54,774 nucleotides of DNA, from the NCBI GenBank assembly GCA_046595075.1, contig JBKJPT010000052.1, positions 1 to 54,774 on the forward strand, written 5' to 3'. The translations under genes were made by a program, and so were the position numbers. Shown here piece by piece: positions 9,925 to 17,792 of the stretch. The first letter of the stretch is position 1. Each line of letters starts with the position of its first letter. Under the pieces are notes generated by a model. That model was not told where the DNA came from. It saw only the letters and a program-made list of their open reading frames with translations, and made no database searches. This DNA comes from Flavobacteriales bacterium. GTDB lineage: Bacteria; Bacteroidota; Bacteroidia; Flavobacteriales_F; PHOS-HE28.

Positions 9925-9998
9925 TGGAGGTCACGAGCGGACTCGAACCGCTGTAGCAGCTTTTGCAGAGCTGTGCCTAGCCACTCGGCCACGTGACC
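9925..9998 (-). tRNA. tRNA-Cys (GCA)
   Basis: GGTCACG acceptor stem pairs with CGTGACC; D-arm GCCGAGTGGCTAGGC; anticodon loop CTGCAAA; T-loop GGTTCGAGTCC; discriminator U and encoded CCA; 74 nt. Confidence 0.97.
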
Positions 9999-10032
9999 AT
10001 GATGAGAAGAACGGCGGCGAAGATAGGAGGCA

Positions 10033-10383
10033 CTACCCCTCGAGCGCATACTCCACCTCGGTCACATCACCGTTCACCGGAGGGCGCTCCTTCACAACGC
10101 GCACGCGGAAATGGTAGGCGCGCGGCCATTCGTCCTTCAGGGCTTCGAGGATACGGCGCGCCACGTGCTCGATCAGCTTGCTCCGCACGGCCATCTGTTC
10201 CCTAACAATGGTGGTTACACGGCCGTAGTCGGCAGTGTCATCCAGGTCATCGCTGCTTTCGGCCTTGCTGAAGACGCTGTTGATGGCCACATCCACTCGG
10301 TACTGGCTCCCTATCCGTTCCTCCTCGGCCAAGCAACCATGGTAGGCGAATACACGGATTCCGGTAACGGTGATCACGCCCAT
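10033..10383 (-). CDS. folB: Dihydroneopterin aldolase
   Basis: FAYHGCLAEEERIG, SDDLDDTADYG, SKLIEHVA, VVKERPP. Confidence 0.95.
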   Translation of the reverse strand: MGVITVTGIRVFAYHGCLAEEERIGSQYRVDVAINSVFSKAESSDDLDDTADYGRVTTIVREQMAVRSKLIEHVARRILEALKDEWPRAYHFRVRVVKERPPVNGDVTEVEYALEG

Positions 10384-11909
10384 GCGCGACAGTGTTCGAG
10401 TCCGGCCCGCAGCCGAGCGATCACTTCTTCCTTGCCTAGGAGCGCGCTCACATCGAACATGCCCGGCCCTTGTGTGCGGCCCGCAACAAAGAGGCGGTAG
10501 ATCGGCATCACCTGCCCCACCTTCAAACCCTTCTCCTGAAGCACCGTATTGAACGTGTGCTCCATCTGGGGTGTGGTGAGAAGGGAAAGGGAGGAGAGTG
10601 CGGCGATGTAGGCTTCGATAGCCGGGGCCGCTTCCGGTTTCCAGCGCTTTCTCAATTCTTCGGCCGCCACTTCATTGTCCTTCAGTGGTGACCCGGTGGT
10701 GAAGAGATAAACGCCCTCTAGCATGTCGTCCACGAAAGTGGCGCGCTCCTTCAGCAAGGCAGCAGCGGCCGTGGCGCGCTCCAGCGAGGCTTCGATGCCG
10801 TTCGCCGTCAACCTCGCTTGTAGTTCCAAGCCGATCTCCCCGTCTGGGCGCATGCGCAGGTATTGCTGGTTGAACCAGTTGGTCTTCTCGGGATCGAACT
10901 TGGCGCCGCCCTTGTGCACCCGCTCCAGATCGAAGAGCGCGGTGAGTTCGGCAATGCTCATGATCTCCTGATCGGTGCCAGGGTTCCAGCCGAGCAGCGC
11001 CAGCATGTTGATGAACGCTTCGGGGTAATACCCGCGCTCGCGGTAACCGCTGCTCTTTTCGCCACTTACCGGATCGGTCCAATTCAACGAGAACACCGGG
11101 AAGCCCAAGCGATCACCATCGCGCTTGCTCAGCTTGCCGTTGCCATCGGGCTTAAGGATCAGTGGCAGGTGCGCGAAAGCCGGACGTTCCCAGCCGAAGG
11201 CTTCGTAAATGAGCACGTGCAACGGGGCGCTTGGCAACCACTCTTCGCCCCGGATCACGTGCGTGATGCGCATGAGGTGGTCGTCCACGATGTTGGCCAA
11301 GTGGTAGGTGGGCATGCCGTCGCTCTTGAAGAGCACCTTGTCGTCGATGTTGGCGCTGTGCACCACCACCCAGCCGCGAATGATGTCCTCGAAGCGCACC
11401 TCGGCATGGCGCGGCACCTTTAGGCGGATGACGTGTTCGTCGCCGCGAGCTAGGCGTTCCTTCACTTCATCGGCGCTGAGCGTAAGGCTGTTCCTCATGT
11501 GCTCGCGCGTGACCGCGTTATATGCGGGCGCAGCCACGCCAGCGGCCTTCAGGCGGTCGCGCATGGCGTCCAGTTCCTCAGGCGTGTCGAAGGCGTAATA
11601 GGCTTTGTCCTTCGCGATCAGCTCATCGGCGTACTGCTTGTAGAGCTGCTTGCGGTCGCTTTGGCGGTACGGGCCATCGGGCCCGCCCACCCACGGGCTT
11701 TCATCGGGCACAAGACCGCACCATTCGAGACTTTCCCTGATGTATTCTTCGGCGCCGGGTACGTAACGGGTTTGATCGGTGTCCTCGATGCGCAGCAAGA
11801 ATTGCCCACCATGCTTGCGCGCGAAGAGGTAGTTGTACAGGGCCGTGCGCACACCGCCCATGTGCAAGGGGCCGGTGGGGCTCGGGGCGAAACGGACTCT
11901 TACGGACAT
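10374..11909 (-). CDS. gltX: Glutamate--tRNA ligase
   Basis: VRVRFAPSPTGPLHMGG (HIGH), LRIEDTD, THVIRGEEWL, KLSKR (KMSKS). Confidence 0.97.
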   Translation of the reverse strand: MSVRVRFAPSPTGPLHMGGVRTALYNYLFARKHGGQFLLRIEDTDQTRYVPGAEEYIRESLEWCGLVPDESPWVGGPDGPYRQSDRKQLYKQYADELIAKDKAYYAFDTPEELDAMRDRLKAAGVAAPAYNAVTREHMRNSLTLSADEVKERLARGDEHVIRLKVPRHAEVRFEDIIRGWVVVHSANIDDKVLFKSDGMPTYHLANIVDDHLMRITHVIRGEEWLPSAPLHVLIYEAFGWERPAFAHLPLILKPDGNGKLSKRDGDRLGFPVFSLNWTDPVSGEKSSGYRERGYYPEAFINMLALLGWNPGTDQEIMSIAELTALFDLERVHKGGAKFDPEKTNWFNQQYLRMRPDGEIGLELQARLTANGIEASLERATAAAALLKERATFVDDMLEGVYLFTTGSPLKDNEVAAEELRKRWKPEAAPAIEAYIAALSSLSLLTTPQMEHTFNTVLQEKGLKVGQVMPIYRLFVAGRTQGPGMFDVSALLGKEEVIARLRAGLEHCRAWA

Positions 11910-11958
11910 GTGCTCATTTGCTCATGTGTGCATGCGGTCATGTGCTCATGATCGCATG
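11907..11958. repeat. Imperfect 8-bp tandem repeat (7 units) in the gltX leader
   Basis: CAT at 11907, 11915, 11923, 11931, 11939, 11947 and 11955; minus-strand consensus unit ATGAGCAC. Confidence 0.85.
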
Positions 11959-12024
11959 TTCCACGTGTGAAGGGTTGCGAAGATATCGGCGGCACGCACG
12001 CCGACCTTGGACACGAACCGCCCG

Positions 12025-12774
12025 CTACTGCTTCAGTCGCAGGTAGTAGTGCTTTACGTTGCCTTGTCCGGTGCTGCGCGCCTCCACCACCACACCATGG
12101 ATCGCCATGATCAGGTCGGTGAGTTTCTTGAATCCGTAGTTGCGCGGGTCAAAGTCCGATCGCTTTTTGAGCAACCCATTGCCAAGGCCGCCCATGTCCA
12201 ACCAGCCGCCTTCGTCGGCAAGGTCCTCGATGGTGCTTATGACGAGCGCCTCGAGTTCTGCGTTCCTGAAGATCTTGGTCTTCTCGGGCTGGCCTTTTGG
12301 ACCGGATCTCACCTGTGGCGGTTCAGGCTTCAGTACTTCGATGTAGATGAACTTCTCGCAGGCTTTGATGAACGGCGCAGCGGTCTTGCGTTCGCCCATA
12401 CCGAAGACGCGCAAGCCCTCTTCGCGCAAGCGGGTCGCCAAGCGCGTGAAATCACTATCACTGGACACGATGAAGAACCCGTCGACGCGTCGGGTGTAGA
12501 GGATGTCCATCGCGTCGATGATCAGCGCGGAATCCGTGGAGTTCTTGCCGGTGGTATAGCTGAACTGTTGCACGGGCACGATGGCGTGCTCGTTCAGCAC
12601 TTGCTTCCATCCACTGAGCGCTGTGTTGGTCCAGTCGCCATAAATGCGCTTGAAGGTGGGAGTACCGTACTTCGACATTTCCTCCATCATCTCTTTAACT
12701 GACCGGCTCGGCACATTGTCCGCGTCGATCAGCACCGCCAAGCGCAGGTCCTTGTTGGTGTTCTGGTCGGCCAT
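12025..12774 (-). CDS. NYN (LabA/DUF88, PIN-like) domain protein with C-terminal OST-HTH/LOTUS domain
   Basis: LAVLIDADN, KRIYGDW, GKNSTDSALIIDAMD, VSSDSDFTRLA, and C-terminal DFDPRNYGFKKL. Confidence 0.9.
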   Translation of the reverse strand: MADQNTNKDLRLAVLIDADNVPSRSVKEMMEEMSKYGTPTFKRIYGDWTNTALSGWKQVLNEHAIVPVQQFSYTTGKNSTDSALIIDAMDILYTRRVDGFFIVSSDSDFTRLATRLREEGLRVFGMGERKTAAPFIKACEKFIYIEVLKPEPPQVRSGPKGQPEKTKIFRNAELEALVISTIEDLADEGGWLDMGGLGNGLLKKRSDFDPRNYGFKKLTDLIMAIHGVVVEARSTGQGNVKHYYLRLKQ

Positions 12775-12806
12775 GCGGTGTAAGCTAAAAGGCCTAGGCC
12801 GAGCGA

Positions 12807-13133
12807 TCAGACCTGCACACCCTTGAGCAACAAGCGCTGCCAAGCCGTGTGCTTGCGCAGGTATGCCTTGATCACTGGGTGCGTGGGGATCAGCTTCAGC
12901 TTGTTCTCCTCCACCCACGTGAGCGTTTTCTCCATGAACACCTCGGCTACGCCAAGGTCTTGCACAGGTCGTGGGACGTCCAAAGTGCCCAAGAAGATGC
13001 GGTCGCCGTCGCGATCATATTCCAGCCGGGCTCGATGTTCGCCCACGCGCAATACGAATTGACGTGAATCTGGCTCGTCAATGATGTTGAGCGAATCCAG
13101 GTCGATGATAGCGGGGCTTTCCTTGCGTGCCAT
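12807..13133 (-). CDS. Small GNAT-like (YjdJ/Acetyltransf_CG-type) protein
   Basis: RQFVLRVGEHRARLEY...LDVP...LGVA...LKLIPTHPVIKAYLRKH follows the family pattern. Confidence 0.75.
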   Translation of the reverse strand: MARKESPAIIDLDSLNIIDEPDSRQFVLRVGEHRARLEYDRDGDRIFLGTLDVPRPVQDLGVAEVFMEKTLTWVEENKLKLIPTHPVIKAYLRKHTAWQRLLLKGVQV

Positions 13134-13246
13134 GGTAATGGTCCGCAAAAGTAACAGGCAATGGCCCTGCTTGCACGGCCGAAGTGCCCCCGTCGTGGCG
13201 CACCCCCTTTGGTCCTTCCCGTAGGCGCACGACATACCTTGGTCGC

Positions 13247-14806
13247 ATGGTCAAACAGCTGCTCGCCCTGTCGCTCCTGTTCCCCTTGGTCACCAGTGGC
13301 TACGCCCAGTGTGGCGCTTGTATGATCGGCGATACCTGCACTGTGGACCCTCCTCTTCCTACGGTTTGCCCCCCGTTCACTTTGCCTGGCACCGTGGGTG
13401 TGCCATACTCCTTGGATGTGACCTTTTGGATCCCTCCTAGTTTTCTGGACCCAATCACCCAACTCAATGTGGAGCTCGACCAGGTGGTATTGAACAGCCT
13501 GGAGAACCTTCCTTTGGGTTTCACCTACGAAGCAAGCAGCCCCAACCTCACCTATTACCCACAGCAGAACCCGATTGGTTGTGTGCGCATCTGCGGCGTC
13601 CCCATGGAAGCAGGCATCGACACCATTCAAATCCATGCCACCGTCCAGGGAACTGTGGGCGGCATCGCCACCACACAGACCTACGACATCAACTTGCCCG
13701 TGGTCGCATATCCTGCGGACCAGGATAGTGTAGCCGACTTCACCGCATCGGGCAATGCAGGATGCGAGCCGTTCGCTGTTTCGTTCGACCCGCTGATCAA
13801 CCCGCCCGGGTTGTCCAGCACGTTTGCGTGGGCCTTCGGGAACGGGAACACCTACGCTGGCGCTACCCCTCCCGACCAGACCTACTCCACAGGCAATTAT
13901 GAAGTGACCTTGCAGACAACAGTGGCCGGCGTCTTTCTCACACAACTCTCGATCACCGATGTGAACGAGGATTGGTGTGGCGATATCGATGAACCGAACC
14001 TGCCCTTCGTGGGTTGCACGGGACAGCCGGACCTCTACTTCACGGTGGTCGACGCCCAATTGGGTCTGTCCCGCTCTTCCGTTGCAAGCAACACGCAAAG
14101 CCACACTTGGAACGGTCTGTCGATCCCGCTGGGATTCCCCCCTTTCACCTTGACCGTGTACGATGATGATGGCATCAGCGCCGACGATGTGCTCGGCTCG
14201 TACACCTTCGACAACATCCCCGGCACTTTCCCGTTCAGCCAAGGCGGAACAGATGGGCAGCGCATGGTGCAAGTACAAACCGTGCATGTCTTCAGCTACT
14301 CCGACAGCATCAACGTGTTGCCTTCACCGAACACTACCCTGATCTTCAGCGGCAGTGCGCTATGTGCTACGGACGAAGACCTTAGCGCATACGGCTGGTC
14401 TCTCAATGGCGTATTGGTCGATGGCGAGTCCGGGCCTTGTGTACTCGCTTCCAACGGGAATTGGACGGTGACCGGCACGAACGCCGAGGGTTGTTCTTCC
14501 TCATCCAACTACCAAGTTATCGGTCTTGGGGTAAGCGAAGCATCCTCCAAGCCTTTGCTTGATCTGTTCCCCGTGCCGAACGCCGGGCACTTCACCTTGC
14601 GCGGCTCGGGCTGGGACTCCCCCTTAGTAGAACTCGAAGTACGCGATGCAATGGGCCGCTTGGTGCACGCGGAAACCCTGGTCTCACAAGCCCCTGCGTT
14701 CTCCCGTACGGTCGACCTAAAGAACGTGGCTGCGGGAACCTACTCGTTGCTGCTGCGTGATGGCGACGCCTCGATGATCCGCTCGTTCACAGTTGTTCCG
14801 CACTAG
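13247..14806 (+). CDS. Cys-rich secreted PKD-domain protein with T9SS type A CTD (paralogue 1)
   Basis: Signal peptide ending YAQ, QCGAC..C..C cluster, PKD WAFGNG...YSTGNYEVTL, CTD LFPVPN...VRDAMGRLV...AGTYSL. Confidence 0.85.
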   Translation: MVKQLLALSLLFPLVTSGYAQCGACMIGDTCTVDPPLPTVCPPFTLPGTVGVPYSLDVTFWIPPSFLDPITQLNVELDQVVLNSLENLPLGFTYEASSPNLTYYPQQNPIGCVRICGVPMEAGIDTIQIHATVQGTVGGIATTQTYDINLPVVAYPADQDSVADFTASGNAGCEPFAVSFDPLINPPGLSSTFAWAFGNGNTYAGATPPDQTYSTGNYEVTLQTTVAGVFLTQLSITDVNEDWCGDIDEPNLPFVGCTGQPDLYFTVVDAQLGLSRSSVASNTQSHTWNGLSIPLGFPPFTLTVYDDDGISADDVLGSYTFDNIPGTFPFSQGGTDGQRMVQVQTVHVFSYSDSINVLPSPNTTLIFSGSALCATDEDLSAYGWSLNGVLVDGESGPCVLASNGNWTVTGTNAEGCSSSSNYQVIGLGVSEASSKPLLDLFPVPNAGHFTLRGSGWDSPLVELEVRDAMGRLVHAETLVSQAPAFSRTVDLKNVAAGTYSLLLRDGDASMIRSFTVVPH

Positions 14807-14856
14807 GCCCACCGATCGAGCGCTGATAGCGCGGCTACCTTCGCCCACATACAGCC

Positions 14857-15858
14857 ATGGCCCATCCGCGTGTAACGGTCATCACCACGCTGTTCAACAA
14901 GGGGCCCTTCGTGGAGGAGGCTGTTCGCAGCGTGTTGAACAACACCTTCGGCGACTTCGAGCTTCTAGTTGTCGACGATGCGAGCACCGATGATGGGTTA
15001 GCGCGCGTACGCACGATCAACGATCCGCGCATCCAACTCATCACCAGCGCGGAGAACACCGGACGTGCCGCTGCCGCGAACCGCGGGTACGACTTGGCGC
15101 GTGGCGAATATGTCGCGGTGCTTGATGCCGACGATGTGGCGCACCCAGATCGCTTGGCGAAGCAGGTGGCCTTCATGGATGCGCACCCAGAGGTCGGTGT
15201 TTGCGGCAGCTATGCGCAAACCTTCGGAGAGAGGGACCACATTGCCCGCTGGCCATTGGAAGATGAGGAAGCTCGCGGTCTGTTGTTGTTCCAGGACCCA
15301 CTGCTTTACGGGTCGTGCATGATCAGGCGTACGGTGTTGGAAGAACATGGGGTCCGTTGCTTGTCGCACTGGCGCACGCCGGGTATGGACTATCTCTTCC
15401 TGCTGGCCATTGCGGCGCATGCGCGCACTGCCACGATCCCTGAACCACTGATGAACTATCGGCTGGGCGAACAGAACTTCAGGCATGGCCACGACCTGAT
15501 AGCTGTTCGCGCAAAGATCTACCGCGAGGTGTTCCGCTTCTACAGTATTCCAGCCACGGAAAAAGAGGTGGAACTGCAACTCCTCTTCCATCAACTCTAC
15601 CGCAACGTGCCGGACACGAACACGGTGCGCGGTCTCCATAGTTGGATGAAGAAATTGAAGGACATCAACCAAGAGAAGAAGCTCTTCCCTGTGGCCGTGT
15701 TCGAGAAGCGTCTGCGGCAGGACTGGGAGCGCTGGTTCTTCTTGCTCGCCGACAAGCGGCTTGCTGCCGCGCTTCTACACCTCTGGCTCACCGGTGGTTG
15801 GCCTGGCGCGCGTTTGCTATACCTGCTGAAGGTTCGCGTGCGAAAGGTGATGGGATAA
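14857..15858 (+). CDS. Glycosyltransferase family 2
   Basis: VTVITTLFN, LVVDDASTD, N.G...AANRG, YVAVLDADD (DxD). Confidence 0.9.
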   Translation: MAHPRVTVITTLFNKGPFVEEAVRSVLNNTFGDFELLVVDDASTDDGLARVRTINDPRIQLITSAENTGRAAAANRGYDLARGEYVAVLDADDVAHPDRLAKQVAFMDAHPEVGVCGSYAQTFGERDHIARWPLEDEEARGLLLFQDPLLYGSCMIRRTVLEEHGVRCLSHWRTPGMDYLFLLAIAAHARTATIPEPLMNYRLGEQNFRHGHDLIAVRAKIYREVFRFYSIPATEKEVELQLLFHQLYRNVPDTNTVRGLHSWMKKLKDINQEKKLFPVAVFEKRLRQDWERWFFLLADKRLAAALLHLWLTGGWPGARLLYLLKVRVRKVMG

Positions 15859-15907
15859 GCGGTCGCGGATCAACCTCCTACCTTGTCCTTCCATCGAGCC
15901 CTGTCGC

Positions 15908-17677
15908 ATGACACGAAACCTACCCTTCACCCTGCTGCTTTTCTCATCCACCCTGCTTTCGGCATCGGCCCTCGCCCAATGCGATGGATGTGTTCCAGAC
16001 CTAAGCTGCACGGTGGCCCCCCCCTTTCCAACGCTGTGCCCAGCGAACCCCCCTGATGCTACGGTTGGCGTGTACTACGTCGCAGACTTCACCTTTTGGA
16101 TGCCCGCAAGTTTCACCGATCCCGGTTCGGGTTTCTCGGTGGACTTGTTGCAGCTCACGATCACGGGAGTCAGTGGGCTTCCGTTCGGCCTGGACTTCAC
16201 CGCTAGTGAACCCAGTGGCGTGTATTATCCTCAGGAGAACGAATACGGTTGCGCCCGTGTGTGCGGCACTCCGCTCGGGCCGGGCACATACACTGTCAAC
16301 ATCAGTGTGCTCGCACACGTGAACGCGAGCGGTTTCGAACTGGATGTGCCGCAGGAATTCAACACGGTGATCGTCATTCTGCCGGGTGCTGGCGGTAACA
16401 CGAGCTTCAGCTACGCGCCCACCTCGGGTTGCGGCAGTGTCACCAGCACCTTCACTGCGCTGATCGATGCGAGCCCATCACCCATGAGTTACGCTTGGGA
16501 CTTCGGCAATGGCAACACAAGCAATGCTGCACAACCTCCTGCCCAGACGTATTCCTCGCCGGGCACCTATGTGATCACGTTGGAAACCACGATCGGCGGT
16601 TACGTTCTGAACGCGGTCAACTTGACCGGCGTGAACGGTAACTGGTGCGGTGATGTGGAGGAGCCCGACGTACCCTTCGTCGGGTGCACAGGTACTCCGG
16701 ACCCCTACTTCGTACTCACCAATGCGGGCGGTGGCACCTACACTTCAGGCACCGAGGACAATTCATCCACGGCCAATTGGGCCGACCTGAACCTTGTTTT
16801 GGACAACCCACCTTATTCCATCACCTTCTATGATGAGGACGCCGTGAGCCAGAACGATCAACTGGGCACTTACAACATCCCGGCGAACGGCGAAGGCACC
16901 TACTTCATCAATGTGGCCGGTGGCACAACGGGCAGCTTGCAGATCAGCAACGAGCCACAACAAGCTTACACGGATAGCGATACGGTCACGGTATTCGCTT
17001 TGCCCATTTTGGTGTTGTCCGCCGGCGGTGCTGGCGAACTCTGCGTGGAGGATGCAACGCTCACCAGCTACGCGTGGTCGCTGGATGGCGTTGTGGTACC
17101 CGAAGCGATCGGGGCCTGCTTCATGACCACCGGCCCAGGCCTGTGGCAAGTCCTTGGCACCAATGGCTTCGGCTGCTCGGACACGAGCAACACCATCGTC
17201 ATTTGCCCACAGTTCGAGATCGTGCAGAACGGGAATGTGCTCTTCGTGCCCAGCGGCTATATCTCCTACTCCTGGACCCTGGACGGAACGCCGATCGCTG
17301 GAAATGAAGCGTTCATTTTCCTCCAAGGTGATGGGTTGTACGAAGTGACTGTCGACGCTGGCAATGGCTGCTCCATCACCGATGGCTTCTCTTGGGACAC
17401 CAGCGGGGTCGCCAGTGTGTCCGCTACAGGTGCCCGCGTTGCTGTATTCCCTGTGCCGAATGATGGCATCTTCACGGTGGTAGTGGAGGGAATGAGCGGT
17501 GCTTGGGCCAACGTAGAGGTCTTTGACCTCACCGGCCGAGCGATCCTGCTTCAGCGTGTTGGTGTTGCTCGCGGGGCGATCCGCGCAGAGGTGTCCATTG
17601 ATGCCCCCCCCGGCGCATACGTGTTGCGGATCACCTCCGGCGAACAGGTCCTCAACACCCGCACGGTCGTTCGTTGA
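15908..17677 (+). CDS. Cys-rich secreted PKD-domain protein with T9SS type A CTD (paralogue 2)
   Basis: Signal peptide, QCDGC..C..C, PKD YAWDFGNG...YSSPGTYVITL, CTD VFPVPNDG...FDLTGR...PGAYVL; colinear with 13247-14806. Confidence 0.85.
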   Translation: MTRNLPFTLLLFSSTLLSASALAQCDGCVPDLSCTVAPPFPTLCPANPPDATVGVYYVADFTFWMPASFTDPGSGFSVDLLQLTITGVSGLPFGLDFTASEPSGVYYPQENEYGCARVCGTPLGPGTYTVNISVLAHVNASGFELDVPQEFNTVIVILPGAGGNTSFSYAPTSGCGSVTSTFTALIDASPSPMSYAWDFGNGNTSNAAQPPAQTYSSPGTYVITLETTIGGYVLNAVNLTGVNGNWCGDVEEPDVPFVGCTGTPDPYFVLTNAGGGTYTSGTEDNSSTANWADLNLVLDNPPYSITFYDEDAVSQNDQLGTYNIPANGEGTYFINVAGGTTGSLQISNEPQQAYTDSDTVTVFALPILVLSAGGAGELCVEDATLTSYAWSLDGVVVPEAIGACFMTTGPGLWQVLGTNGFGCSDTSNTIVICPQFEIVQNGNVLFVPSGYISYSWTLDGTPIAGNEAFIFLQGDGLYEVTVDAGNGCSITDGFSWDTSGVASVSATGARVAVFPVPNDGIFTVVVEGMSGAWANVEVFDLTGRAILLQRVGVARGAIRAEVSIDAPPGAYVLRITSGEQVLNTRTVVR

Positions 17678-17792
17678 ACTCCTCGCCGAACCATCGGCCA
17701 CGTCAAGGTGTACCGTAGGGCATGCCCCGCCCGCCCTGCCGTAGTTTTGTACCGTAAACACCCGGCGGGGTGTTATCATCTCCGAACAAGCC

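Noticed and set aside
9925-9998. tRNA-Cys as an island integration site
   Set aside because: No duplicated tRNA 3' end or integrase was seen, and the flanks are core genes (folB, porZ).
11957-11972. Third parS site (TGTTCCACGTGTGAAG)
   Set aside because: Only the left 11 nt match and the right arm is broken; it overlaps the octamer repeat.
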